Position numbers and translations under genes: made by a program
The notes under the pieces: generated by a model
What the model saw: the letters and a program-made list of their open reading frames with translations, nothing else
The model's database searches: none
Told to the model about the DNA's origin: nothing
Assembly (NCBI RefSeq): GCF_900187275.1
Contig: NZ_LT906458.1
Location: 1,170,001-1,202,000 of the forward strand
DNA from: Pasteurella multocida
Lineage (GTDB): Bacteria > Pseudomonadota > Gammaproteobacteria > Enterobacterales > Pasteurellaceae
Reading direction: 5' to 3'
DNA: 32,000 nucleotides
Shown here: positions 12,103 to 20,278 of the stretch, piece by piece
Layout of the letters: every line of letters begins with the position of its first letter
How positions within the stretch are numbered: the stretch's first letter is position 1

Positions 12103-12529
12103 GATATACCTCTCTTGCGCGTTGCTTGAATGCGTCAATCATCTTGCTGGTTAAATGGGTAAAGATCTGCCCAAATGCCATCGCGATCAAGGGATTAGAA
12201 AACTCAAATTCTAATTTCAAGGCAATCTTACAGCAACACTCGTCTAATTCATCAAATTGCCATTCCCCTTGCAAAAAACGAAAGGGACCTTCCACCAATT
12301 GCATTTTGATCGAACGGTTCTCAACCATTTGATTGCGAGTCGTAAATTGCTGGCGAATGCCCGCTTTTGAAATCACCAGTTCCGCCGTTAATTCATGACC
12401 ATTTTGGGTCAAGGTACGCCCATTCACACAGCCCGGTACAAATTCAGGATAACGTTCATAATTATTCACTAATTGATACATTTGTGCAGCACTATAAGGC
12501 ACTAATGCACTTTGATTAATTGTTGGCAT
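12089..12529 (-). CDS. ratA: RatA-family START/coenzyme Q-binding (COQ10-like) protein
   Basis: MPTINQSALVPYSAAQMYQLVNNYERYPEFVPGC, polyketide cyclase/START-like. Adjacent to rnfH as in Enterobacteria. Confidence 0.88.
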   Translation of the reverse strand: MPTINQSALVPYSAAQMYQLVNNYERYPEFVPGCVNGRTLTQNGHELTAELVISKAGIRQQFTTRNQMVENRSIKMQLVEGPFRFLQGEWQFDELDECCCKIALKLEFEFSNPLIAMAFGQIFTHLTSKMIDAFKQRAREVYHGAN

Positions 12530-12574
12530 GAGGTTTTATTCTTGATTGAAAAAAATTCTACATATTATAGCGGA

Positions 12575-12583
12575 AAAGTGCGG
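12575..12583 (+). repeat. Uptake signal sequence core between ratA and pth
   Basis: GAAAAGTGCGGTCAAAAT, core plus the extended consensus. Confidence 0.85.
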
Positions 12584-12684
12584 TCAAAATAAGGCAAGAA
12601 TGGAGAAAATCTGTGTTTCAAAATTGAGAGTTGCGCTATTTTCCGCTACAATAGCGCACTATTTTGACTGTTGGAAGAAGATCA

Positions 12685-13269
12685 ATGTCTGAAATAAAGT
12701 TAATTGTTGGTTTGGGTAATCCGGGCGATAAATATGCCGATACCCGCCACAATGCGGGAGAATGGTTAATCAATCGTTTAGCGCGCCAATTTCATTTTAG
12801 TTTAACGCCCGAGAGCAAATTTTCAGGCAAAACGGCACGCACCATCATCAACGGCAATGAAATCCGCTTTCTCGTACCAACGACCTTTATGAATTTGAGT
12901 GGTAAAGCCATCAGTAGCTTGGCAAATTTCTATCGCATCAAACCAGAAGAGATTTTAGTCATTCATGATGAATTAGATTTACCACCGGGTGTAGCAAAAA
13001 TTAAACAAGGTGGCGGACATGGTGGACACAACGGTTTGCGTGATACTATCGCGCAATTAGGCAACAATAAAAACTTCTATCGCTTAAGAGTTGGCATTGG
13101 ACATCCTGGTGATAAAAATTTGGTTTCAGCGTATGTGTTAAATAAACCGTCACCTACCGATTGGCAACTGATTGACAAAGCTTTAGATGAAGCCACAAGT
13201 TGTGTAGATATTCTGATTAAAGATGGCATTACTAAAGCCACCAACCGTTTAAATGCGTTTAAAGCATAA
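12685..13269 (+). CDS. pth: Peptidyl-tRNA hydrolase
   Basis: [30 protein letters not shown] and [17 protein letters not shown]. The likely start is at 12685 (MSEIK). Confidence 0.96.
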   Translation: MSEIKLIVGLGNPGDKYADTRHNAGEWLINRLARQFHFSLTPESKFSGKTARTIINGNEIRFLVPTTFMNLSGKAISSLANFYRIKPEEILVIHDELDLPPGVAKIKQGGGHGGHNGLRDTIAQLGNNKNFYRLRVGIGHPGDKNLVSAYVLNKPSPTDWQLIDKALDEATSCVDILIKDGITKATNRLNAFKA

Positions 13270-13302
13270 AAAAGATTAATAGTTAAAAAGTAAGGAAAAA
13301 CT

Positions 13303-14394
13303 ATGGGATTTAAATGTGGCATCGTGGGTTTACCTAACGTCGGTAAATCAACCCTATTTAATGCATTAACCAAAGCGGGGATTGAAGCCGCCAACTACCC
13401 GTTTTGTACCATTGAACCTAACACGGGGGTTGTACCAATGCCCGATCCACGTTTGGACGCCTTAGCGGAAATCGTCAAACCTGAGCGAGTGTTACCGACT
13501 ACGATGGAATTTGTGGATATTGCCGGATTAGTCGCAGGCGCCAGCAAAGGCGAAGGCTTAGGCAATAAATTCTTAGCCAACATCCGTGAAACTGACGCGA
13601 TTGGGCATGTGGTTCGTTGTTTTGAAAATGATGACATCGTTCATGTCGCAGGACAAATTAATCCTGCAGAAGATATCGACACGATCAATACCGAATTGGC
13701 ATTAGCAGATTTAGACAGTTGCGAACGTGCCATTCAACGTTTACAAAAACGGGCCAAAGGCGGCGATAAAGACGCCAAATTTGAATTGTCTATTATGGAA
13801 AAAATCCTGCCTGTGCTGGAAAACGCCGGCATGATTCGTTCCATCGATTTAGACAAAGACGAACTACAAGCGATCAAAGGTTATAACTTCTTAACCTTAA
13901 AACCGACAATGTACATCGCCAACGTCAATGAAGACGGCTTTGAAAATAATCCATATCTTGATCGTGTCCGTGAAATTGCGGAAAAAGAAGGTGCGGTAGT
14001 GGTGCCAGTGTGTGCAGCGATTGAATCGGAAATTGCCGAATTAGACGATGACGAAAAAATCGAGTTTTTACAAGATTTAGGTATTGAAGAGCCGGGCTTA
14101 AACCGCGTGATTCGTGCGGGTTATAAATTACTTAACCTACAAACTTACTTTACAGCGGGTGTCAAAGAAGTGCGTGCGTGGACAATTCCAATTGGTGCAA
14201 CTGCGCCCAAATCAGCGGCTGTGATTCACACTGATTTTGAAAAAGGCTTTATTCGCGCTGAAGTGATCGCCTATGATGACTTTATCCAATACAAAGGCGA
14301 AGCGGGTGCAAAAGAAGCCGGTAAATGGCGCTTAGAGGGCAAAGATTACATCGTACAAGATGGCGATGTAATGCATTTCCGCTTTAACGTCTAA
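13303..14394 (+). CDS. ychF: Redox-regulated/ribosome-binding ATPase YchF (Obg family)
   Basis: [40 protein letters not shown]; full length, 363 aa. Confidence 0.97.
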   Translation: MGFKCGIVGLPNVGKSTLFNALTKAGIEAANYPFCTIEPNTGVVPMPDPRLDALAEIVKPERVLPTTMEFVDIAGLVAGASKGEGLGNKFLANIRETDAIGHVVRCFENDDIVHVAGQINPAEDIDTINTELALADLDSCERAIQRLQKRAKGGDKDAKFELSIMEKILPVLENAGMIRSIDLDKDELQAIKGYNFLTLKPTMYIANVNEDGFENNPYLDRVREIAEKEGAVVVPVCAAIESEIAELDDDEKIEFLQDLGIEEPGLNRVIRAGYKLLNLQTYFTAGVKEVRAWTIPIGATAPKSAAVIHTDFEKGFIRAEVIAYDDFIQYKGEAGAKEAGKWRLEGKDYIVQDGDVMHFRFNV

Positions 14395-14409
14395 AATTTT
14401 ATAAAAAAG

Positions 14410-14438
14410 CACCGCACTTTATCGCAATAAGTGCGGTG
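14410..14438. terminator. Terminator hairpin after ychF built from two inverted uptake signal sequences
   Basis: CACCGCACTT (14410-14419), 9-nt loop, AAGTGCGGTG (14429-14438), followed by a T-tract (TTTTTTT). Confidence 0.9.
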
Positions 14439-14479
14439 TTTTTTTGTTTAGTTTCATAATAAAAATAAGAGAAGACAGT

Positions 14480-15892
14480 ATGTCGAATAAAAAAATCGGT
14501 TTATTATCCCTCACCGCCTTAGTGTTAAGCTCGATGATTGGCTCGGGGATTTTTAGTTTGCCACAAAACATGGCGGAAGTGGCAGGTGCACAAGCACTCG
14601 TTATTGGTTGGATCATTACTGGTATTGGGATCATCTTTTTAGGTCTTTCCTTTTTCTTTATTTCCCGTTTACGTCCTGAGTTAGACGGCGGCATCTACAC
14701 TTATGCTCGAGAAGGTTTTGGCGATTTAGTCGGTTTTCTCTCTGCTTGGGGTTATTGGTTGTGTGCTACCATTGGTAGCGTTGGCTATTTAGTGGTCGCC
14801 TTTGAGGGAATCGGTTTATTTACCGATAATCCTAATCGTATCATTTTCGCTCAAGGCAATACGATTTTCGCCTTTCTAGGCTCTTCTTTAGTGGTTTGGT
14901 TAGTGCATTGGCTGATTACACGAGGAGTCAAAGAAGCAGCATTTCTAAATCTCTTAGCGACTTTTGTCAAAGCTTTTCCGTTAGTGTTGTTTATTGTATT
15001 AGCCGCTTGGTTTTTCTCACCAGAAACCTTTAACCATGATATTCAAGCCACAAATTTAAATCATTCCATTACTGATCAAGTGAAAAACACCATGTTGATC
15101 ACGCTCTGGGTATTCGTTGGGGTTGAAGGGGCAGCAGTGTTATCCGCTCACGCCAAAAAACGCAGTGATGTGGGGTTAGCCACGGTGTTGGGGATTGTGA
15201 TTGCCTTAATTTTATATGTGGCGATTACCGTATTATCTCTGGGGATCTTACCACGTGAAATGATCGCCAATATGCCCAATCCGTCGATGGCTGGTCTGCT
15301 AGAACATATGATTGGCAGTAGCGGTAAAATCATTATCACCGCCTGTTTAATTGTCTCTGTGTTAGCGTCTTACATTAGTTGGACTATGTATTCTGCCGAA
15401 GTCCCTTATCGTGGCGCGCAAAACGGGGCGTTCCCGAAAATCTTAAATAAGATCAACGAAAACGACACGCCAATTAACTCTCTGTGGTTCACTAACCTCG
15501 TGGTGCAATTCTGTCTCGTGTTGGTATTAATGACAGGTAAAAGCTATAACGCACTGTTGTTAATTTCCACCTCTATGATCTTAGTGCCGTATTTCCTGAT
15601 TGGTGCCTACTTATTGAAATTGTCTATTCAACAAAACAGTGCTTGGTATATCAAGCTTACTGGGTTACTTGCCTCGATTTACGGAGTCTGGATTTTATAT
15701 GCCGCCGGACTAGATCATTTATTGTTATCGATCTTGCTGTATGTCCCGGGGATTGGAATCTACTTATATTCTCGCTATCAGCACCAAGGCAAACTTCATT
15801 TTAATCAAAAAGAGAAAGCACTATTGCTCTTTATTGCTATCGCGTTTATGTTAGCTATTTACAATAGTGCTGTTAATGTCAATTGGAATTAA
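14480..15892 (+). CDS. APC-superfamily amino acid antiporter, ArcD/YdgI-like basic amino acid/polyamine antiporter family
   Basis: About 12 hydrophobic helices; IGLLSLTALVLSSMIGSGIFSLPQNMAEVAGAQALVIGWII is the APC N-terminal signature. The start is taken at MSNKKIG. Confidence 0.85.
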   Translation: MSNKKIGLLSLTALVLSSMIGSGIFSLPQNMAEVAGAQALVIGWIITGIGIIFLGLSFFFISRLRPELDGGIYTYAREGFGDLVGFLSAWGYWLCATIGSVGYLVVAFEGIGLFTDNPNRIIFAQGNTIFAFLGSSLVVWLVHWLITRGVKEAAFLNLLATFVKAFPLVLFIVLAAWFFSPETFNHDIQATNLNHSITDQVKNTMLITLWVFVGVEGAAVLSAHAKKRSDVGLATVLGIVIALILYVAITVLSLGILPREMIANMPNPSMAGLLEHMIGSSGKIIITACLIVSVLASYISWTMYSAEVPYRGAQNGAFPKILNKINENDTPINSLWFTNLVVQFCLVLVLMTGKSYNALLLISTSMILVPYFLIGAYLLKLSIQQNSAWYIKLTGLLASIYGVWILYAAGLDHLLLSILLYVPGIGIYLYSRYQHQGKLHFNQKEKALLLFIAIAFMLAIYNSAVNVNWN

Positions 15893-15915
15893 CTCGTTAA
15901 TCTTCAATCAAACAG

Positions 15916-15965
15916 AAAAGTGCGGTCAGTTTTTAACAATTTTTTGAAAAACTGACCGCACTTTT
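15916..15965. terminator. Long USS-based stem-loop between the antiporter and nitroreductase genes
   Basis: AAAAGTGCGGTCAGTTTTT (15916-15934) and its perfect 19-nt reverse complement AAAAACTGACCGCACTTTT (15947-15965) with a 12-nt loop. Confidence 0.85.
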
Positions 15966-16059
15966 TCTCTCCCAGTCCTACCTCTGCCTCGCCCTTGTGG
16001 TCAGAGCAAAACTTTGCGACAATCGGACAGAACGTTTGTTTTTTGTTAGGAATCGCCCT

Positions 16060-16788
16060 ATGACATTATCTGAGCTACTTCATCACCGCCGCGCCGTACG
16101 TTATTTTGATCCCGACAAACCGCTTGATAGTGAAAAAGTGACACAATGCTTGCAGTTGGCAACTTTGGCACCAAGCAGTTCTAATATGCAACTGTATGAG
16201 TTCTACCACATCACTGATAAAGCCCTTCTTGCACAATTAGCCACTGCCTGTTTAGGACAACAAACAGCAACCACAGCACAACAAATGGTGGTGTTTGTGA
16301 CTCGCCAAGATTTGTATAAACAACGCGCTCAAGCAGTTTTAGCCTTTGAGAGCGAAAACATTAAGCGCCATAGTCCACCTGACCGTTGGGAAAATCGCCT
16401 AAAGGGCAAAACGCTCTATTATGCAAAACTGATGCCCTTTATTTATGCACGCTGTTTTGGTTTATTAGGTTTGTTTCGCAAGGGATTAGCTTATGCTATC
16501 CGTTTATTTCGTCCTGTCAGCACTGAAGTATCGGAAGCGGATGTGCGTGTGGTGGTGCATAAAAGTTGTGGGTTGGCGGCACAAACCTTTATGCTGTTAA
16601 TGGCGGAACAAGGCTATGATACATGCCCAATTGAGGGATTAGATGGTGGTAAAGTGAAAAAGCTTCTTTCGCTCCCACAGGGTGCTGAAATCAATATGAT
16701 TGTGTCATGTGGGGTACGTAAAGCTGGACGAGGCATTTGGGGTGATCGCTTTCGTGTGCCTTTTGATGAAGTGTATCATAGAAAATAA
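16060..16788 (+). CDS. Nitroreductase-family (FMN-dependent) protein
   Basis: MTLSELLHHRRAVRYFDPDKPLDSEKVTQCLQLATLAPSSSNMQLYEFYHI, a nitroreductase N-terminal signature. The ATG at 16060 is preferred over the ORF-track start. Confidence 0.82.
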   Translation: MTLSELLHHRRAVRYFDPDKPLDSEKVTQCLQLATLAPSSSNMQLYEFYHITDKALLAQLATACLGQQTATTAQQMVVFVTRQDLYKQRAQAVLAFESENIKRHSPPDRWENRLKGKTLYYAKLMPFIYARCFGLLGLFRKGLAYAIRLFRPVSTEVSEADVRVVVHKSCGLAAQTFMLLMAEQGYDTCPIEGLDGGKVKKLLSLPQGAEINMIVSCGVRKAGRGIWGDRFRVPFDEVYHRK

Positions 16789-16835
16789 ATCAAAGAGATA
16801 AGGAAAAAGGACACGAAAAAGTAGTTAAAAATGTA

Positions 16836-16844
16836 CCGCACTTT
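16836..16844 (-). repeat. Uptake signal sequence core downstream of the nitroreductase gene
   Basis: Exact ACCGCACTT followed by TT. Confidence 0.85.
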
Positions 16845-16901
16845 TAACCACTTCGCTCAAATCTAAGGTCGTAGTCTGTCGCCTTGCCAAAAGTTGTAAT
16901 A

Positions 16902-16927
16902 CATACCGCACGTTATTGTGCGGTATG
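16902..16927. repeat. Hairpin CATACCGCAC-gttatt-GTGCGGTATG between the nitroreductase and M20 hydrolase genes
   Basis: Perfect 10-bp inverted repeat with a 6-nt loop. Each arm contains a degenerate USS core (ACCGCAC/GTGCGGT). No strong T-tract. Confidence 0.6.
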
Positions 16928-16936
16928 CGTATTGAC

Positions 16937-18175
16937 TTAACCCACCACCTCTGCCTGTGTTAATACGACCTTTTGCAAGACTTTAATCCCTGCGTCAATA
17001 TCTTGCCATTCGGTAAACTCCAACGGATTATGACTAATACCCAGATGTGAAGGTACAAAAATCATTCCCGTTGGGCAAAGTGTTGCCATATGCATCGCAT
17101 CGTGCCCCGCCCCACTTGGCATCACTTCGTAACTATAACCGAGAGTTTCAGCGCTTTGCCTAATTTGCTCAACCATCTCTTGCGGCAATAATACAGGGTT
17201 ATCTTTCGAAATCAGCTGTAATTCAATCTGCAAGCCTCGTTTTTGTGCGACTTGTTCAATCTGCTGTTGTAACGCCGTAAAGACTGACTCTCTGGCTTCC
17301 ACATGAATACCACGAATATCAACTAACAGTTCGCAATAGCCCGGTACCACATTCATTACACCGGGTTTTGCCGTCAAATTCCCCACGGTTGCTACCGTAG
17401 CATGCCCCGCATCAATCGCAGCTTGCTCAACAGCGAGCGCCAGTTCTGCACCACCCAATAACGCATCATGACGATAATGCATCGCCGTGGCACCAGAATG
17501 ATCCGCTTGACCTTGAATTTTCACCACGCAACGAATTGGTGCGGCAATACCGGTCACCACACCAATGGTTTTGTTTTCATTTTCTAAACGAGGACCTTGC
17601 TCAATGTGCAATTCTACAAAACATTTAAATTCTTCACTGGTACGTTTTGCATGGTGAATTGTCGAGAAATCCAACCCAATATCGGCTAACGCTTGCGCAA
17701 ACGCCGTGCCTTGTTTATCACGCAAGTGGCTTAAGCCCGCCTGCTCCACCACACCACACATCACTTTACTGCCTAAGGTAGCGTAGTTAAAACGACTTGA
17801 TTCTTCACAGGTAAAAATAATCAGTTCTAAGGGATAACGGGTTTTAATGCCTTGCTCACAAAGTTGAAATAAAATTTCCAACCCTGCTACCGATCCCAAT
17901 GGACCATCCAATTTCCCCGCATTGACCACGGTATCAATATGCGAGCCAAAGGCGACGACTGGCAGATGATCTTCAATACCTGCTTTACGAATAAAAAGAT
18001 TGCCGATTTCGTCACGGCGAATCGCAAGATCATAAGTTTGACATAAATCGACGATATATTTATGCGCTTTTTCATCTTCTCGGCTAAATGCCAAACGGGT
18101 TAATTCGCCTTCGACAGAAGACATTGAGGCGAGCGTGTCAATAATAGATTGCACGCGAGCTAAATTGATCGACAT
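16937..18175 (-). CDS. Zn-dependent M20-family hydrolase (allantoate amidohydrolase/N-carbamoyl-L-amino acid amidohydrolase-like)
   Basis: GSHIDTVVNAGKLDGPLGSVAGLE, FTCEESSRFNYATLGS, VELHIEQGPRLE, MPSGAGHDAMHMA and ISHNPLEFT are hallmark motifs of the family. Confidence 0.9.
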   Translation of the reverse strand: MSINLARVQSIIDTLASMSSVEGELTRLAFSREDEKAHKYIVDLCQTYDLAIRRDEIGNLFIRKAGIEDHLPVVAFGSHIDTVVNAGKLDGPLGSVAGLEILFQLCEQGIKTRYPLELIIFTCEESSRFNYATLGSKVMCGVVEQAGLSHLRDKQGTAFAQALADIGLDFSTIHHAKRTSEEFKCFVELHIEQGPRLENENKTIGVVTGIAAPIRCVVKIQGQADHSGATAMHYRHDALLGGAELALAVEQAAIDAGHATVATVGNLTAKPGVMNVVPGYCELLVDIRGIHVEARESVFTALQQQIEQVAQKRGLQIELQLISKDNPVLLPQEMVEQIRQSAETLGYSYEVMPSGAGHDAMHMATLCPTGMIFVPSHLGISHNPLEFTEWQDIDAGIKVLQKVVLTQAEVVG

Positions 18176-18198
18176 AAAGACTCCTTAGTTGATAACAA

Positions 18199-18225
18199 AA
18201 AAGCAGTGCTCAACACACTGCTTTT
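18199..18225 (-). terminator. Rho-independent terminator downstream of ytfJ (minus-strand reading)
   Basis: AAAAGCAGTG/CACTGCTTTT inverted repeat with a 7-nt loop. On the minus strand it is followed by a T-tract. Confidence 0.75.
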
Positions 18226-18367
18226 GCAGGATAACGCCACTTATCCTTGTACAACATTCATACTGGCTTGACAACCCATTACAGCACAGATACTTGAATT
18301 AGATCATATAATCTTTTATAAATCGATGATTTTAACGTGCAATGCTTTTTTAAAAAGTTTTCCTGTT

Positions 18368-18922
18368 CTATTTCACTAATTCACCAATTAATCCAATCAC
18401 TTCTTGCACTTGCGCAGTCGATAGCGCTCCTTCATGGACAAATTTGACTTTGCCCGCTTTATCTAACACGACAACCAAGCTTTCTTTTTCCTTTAATTGC
18501 CAAGCTGCTTTTACCGCACCGCGTTGATCTAACACCACTTGGCTATGCGCATTGGCTTTTTTGCCTTTTTCTGCACCACTTTTTACAAAACTGCCCGTGC
18601 CGAAGGTTGCGTCATCAGCATTAATAATCGTGGTTGTCTGATATTTGGCACGATCAAATTGTGCCCCTTTAATCGCCTCAATTAATGCTTGATTACGTTC
18701 TTTCACATCACGTCGTCCTGCAATGTGGTTCACGACACGTACTTTTCCCACTAATTGTGCCGAATGCCAAGCATGATACTGCACTGCCTCACCTTTTACA
18801 CTCAATTCTCCATCTTCAGCAACATTAACAGATGCTAAAGGTTGATTTAACTGGATATTATGGGCATGCGCTGAAAATGCGCAAAATGTGGCTAACCCTA
18901 AAACAAATGTCATTTTTTTCAT
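18368..18922 (-). CDS. ytfJ: YtfJ-family periplasmic protein
   Basis: Signal peptide MTFVLGLATFCAFSAHAHN and a YtfJ-like thioredoxin-fold sequence (GSFVKSGAEKGKKANAHSQVVLDQRGAVKAAWQLKEKESLVVVLDKAGKVKFVHEGAL). Confidence 0.88.
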   Translation of the reverse strand: MKKMTFVLGLATFCAFSAHAHNIQLNQPLASVNVAEDGELSVKGEAVQYHAWHSAQLVGKVRVVNHIAGRRDVKERNQALIEAIKGAQFDRAKYQTTTIINADDATFGTGSFVKSGAEKGKKANAHSQVVLDQRGAVKAAWQLKEKESLVVVLDKAGKVKFVHEGALSTAQVQEVIGLIGELVK

Positions 18923-19064
18923 TTTCTTTACCTTGTTAACTCAAAGAGGATGCATTCTACCGAAAAACAAAAAATAAACAAATCAGAGCTGTTATTCACA
19001 TAATTTTGGCAAAATTGCGCTTTTTTGCTATAATTTCGCGTCATTTTTATTGAGAGGAAAATTT

Positions 19065-19397
19065 ATGGAACAAATGCCAACTTGTCCAAAATGTCAAAGT
19101 GAATACGTTTATCATGATTCAATCCATTTTGTTTGCCCTGATTGCAGCTATGAATGGTCAGGTCAAGAACCTGTAGAAAGTGATGAGAAAGTGGTGAAAG
19201 ACAGCAACGGTAATCTTCTACAAGATGGTGATTCGGTTATCTTAATTAAAGATCTCAAAGTAAAAGGCTCGTCTATCGTGTTAAAGAAAGGCACCAAAGC
19301 CAAAAACATTCGTTTAGTCGATGCCGATCATGATGTTGATTGCAAAATTGATGGGCAAAGTTTTTCATTAAAATCAGCGTTTCTGAAAAAAGCCTAA
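19065..19397 (+). CDS. yjdM: Zinc-ribbon protein YjdM (PhnA family)
   Basis: [25 protein letters not shown] zinc ribbon and the C-terminal [12 protein letters not shown]-type domain. Confidence 0.93.
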   Translation: MEQMPTCPKCQSEYVYHDSIHFVCPDCSYEWSGQEPVESDEKVVKDSNGNLLQDGDSVILIKDLKVKGSSIVLKKGTKAKNIRLVDADHDVDCKIDGQSFSLKSAFLKKA

Positions 19398-19404
19398 TCT
19401 CACG

Positions 19405-19437
19405 ACGTACTGTTTTTTTACGTGATAAACAGTACGT
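19405..19437. terminator. Putative hairpin between convergent yjdM and the small excalibur-like gene
   Basis: ACGTACTGTTT (19405-19415) and AAACAGTACGT (19427-19437), 11-bp stem. There is no clear T-tract, so the terminator function is uncertain. Confidence 0.5.
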
Positions 19438-19441
19438 TGAC

Positions 19442-19657
19442 TTATCGCCGACAGCGTGCCAAACCATGACTACTGCCACCGGGTAAACACTCACAGGCTT
19501 CTCCATCATGATCACCATCTAAATGATAAGCCTTATATTTTTCCATGTACGCTTGTGCTTCAGCTTGCGTAGCGAAATGCTTACAAGTTACTCGCTTAGC
19601 GTGCGCTGAACAGGCTGTTATAGCAATCATTAAACTTACCCATATTCTCTTCATCAC
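19442..19657 (-). CDS. Small secreted or lipoprotein-like excalibur-type calcium-binding-domain protein
   Basis: 71 aa: signal peptide (MMKRIWVSLMIAITACSAHA), then CKHFATQAEAQAYMEKYKAYHLDGDHDGEACECLPGGSS. The DxDxDGxxCE motif is typical of excalibur domains. Confidence 0.78.
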   Translation of the reverse strand: MMKRIWVSLMIAITACSAHAKRVTCKHFATQAEAQAYMEKYKAYHLDGDHDGEACECLPGGSSHGLARCRR

Positions 19658-19731
19658 GTCTTTCCCTGCTTTGTTGTTCTCTTATAGTTCTCATTTTAAC
19701 CAACTATTCTCGCTATCAGAAACGAAATTAT

Positions 19732-19747
19732 TTGATCCAGTTCACAG
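19732..19747 (+). promoter_or_regulatory. Putative CRP-cAMP site upstream of rbsD
   Basis: TTTGATCCAGTTCACA resembles the consensus TGTGATCTAGATCACA (13/16 by eye). It is centred about 58 nt upstream of the predicted TSS. Confidence 0.55.
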
Positions 19748-19763
19748 ATCAGACAAAAGCTTT

Positions 19764-19791
19764 TTGCACTTTTTCAATTTCCTCTTAGACT
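19764..19791 (+). promoter_or_regulatory. Putative sigma-70 promoter of the rbs operon
   Basis: TTGCAC (19764-19769), 16-nt spacer, TAGACT (19786-19791). Confidence 0.45.
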
Positions 19792-19802
19792 AATCACTAA
19801 GC

Positions 19803-19820
19803 CATCGAAACGTTTCGATG
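19803..19820. promoter_or_regulatory. Putative RbsR operator
   Basis: Perfect 18-bp palindrome CATCGAAACGTTTCGATG with the central LacI-family CGAAACGTTTCG core, between the promoter and rbsD. Confidence 0.85.
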
Positions 19821-19847
19821 AGAAAGAAAAATCTATTGAGGTACGTC

Positions 19848-20267
19848 ATGAAAAAAACTGCCCTATTAAACGCCCCGTTATCCCAAGTAATCGCGACATT
19901 AGGTCATACCGATAGCCTCACGATTTGTGATGCGGGACTGCCGATCCCTAAGCAGGTAGAACGTGTTGATTTGGCTTTAAGTGCAGGGGTGCCAAGTTTT
20001 CTTCAAACTTTTCATGCTGTAGTCACAGAAATGTTTGTAGAAAGAGCCATCATTGCCGAAGAAATCAAAGAAAAAAATCCGAAAATACTGATCGCACTTT
20101 TAAACAGTTTGGCTCAACTTGAGCAACAACAAGGCAACCAAATTGAGGTGCAATATGTCAGTCATGACATGTTCAAAACGTACACGCATGCAAGCAAAGC
20201 AATTGTACGTAGTGGCGAATGTAGTCCTTATGCCAATATTATTTTGTATTCTGGCGTTCCATTTTAA
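19848..20267 (+). CDS. rbsD: D-ribose pyranase
   Basis: [34 protein letters not shown]; first gene of the rbs operon. The ATG at 19848 is preferred. Confidence 0.95.
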   Translation: MKKTALLNAPLSQVIATLGHTDSLTICDAGLPIPKQVERVDLALSAGVPSFLQTFHAVVTEMFVERAIIAEEIKEKNPKILIALLNSLAQLEQQQGNQIEVQYVSHDMFKTYTHASKAIVRSGECSPYANIILYSGVPF

Positions 20268-20278
20268 AGGCGGCGAAT

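Noticed and set aside
11803-12529. rnfH/ratA pair considered as a toxin-antitoxin system
   Set aside because: The families match RnfH and a COQ10/START protein that is conserved chromosomal housekeeping content. RatA's toxin label rests on overexpression phenotypes, and nothing in the sequence supports a classical TA module.
13077-13637. Minus-strand ORFs overlapping pth and ychF
   Set aside because: Antisense shadows of conserved genes, with no ribosome-binding site or domain support.
14419-14694. Minus-strand 91-aa ORF at the start of the antiporter gene
   Set aside because: Overlaps the USS-pair terminator and the APC N-terminal coding region. The translation has no coherent family.
19545-19793. 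Plus-strand 82-aa ORF overlapping the excalibur-like gene and rbs upstream region
   Set aside because: Translation is Cys/Phe-rich without a family, it is antisense to a better supported secreted protein, and it runs through the CRP/promoter region.
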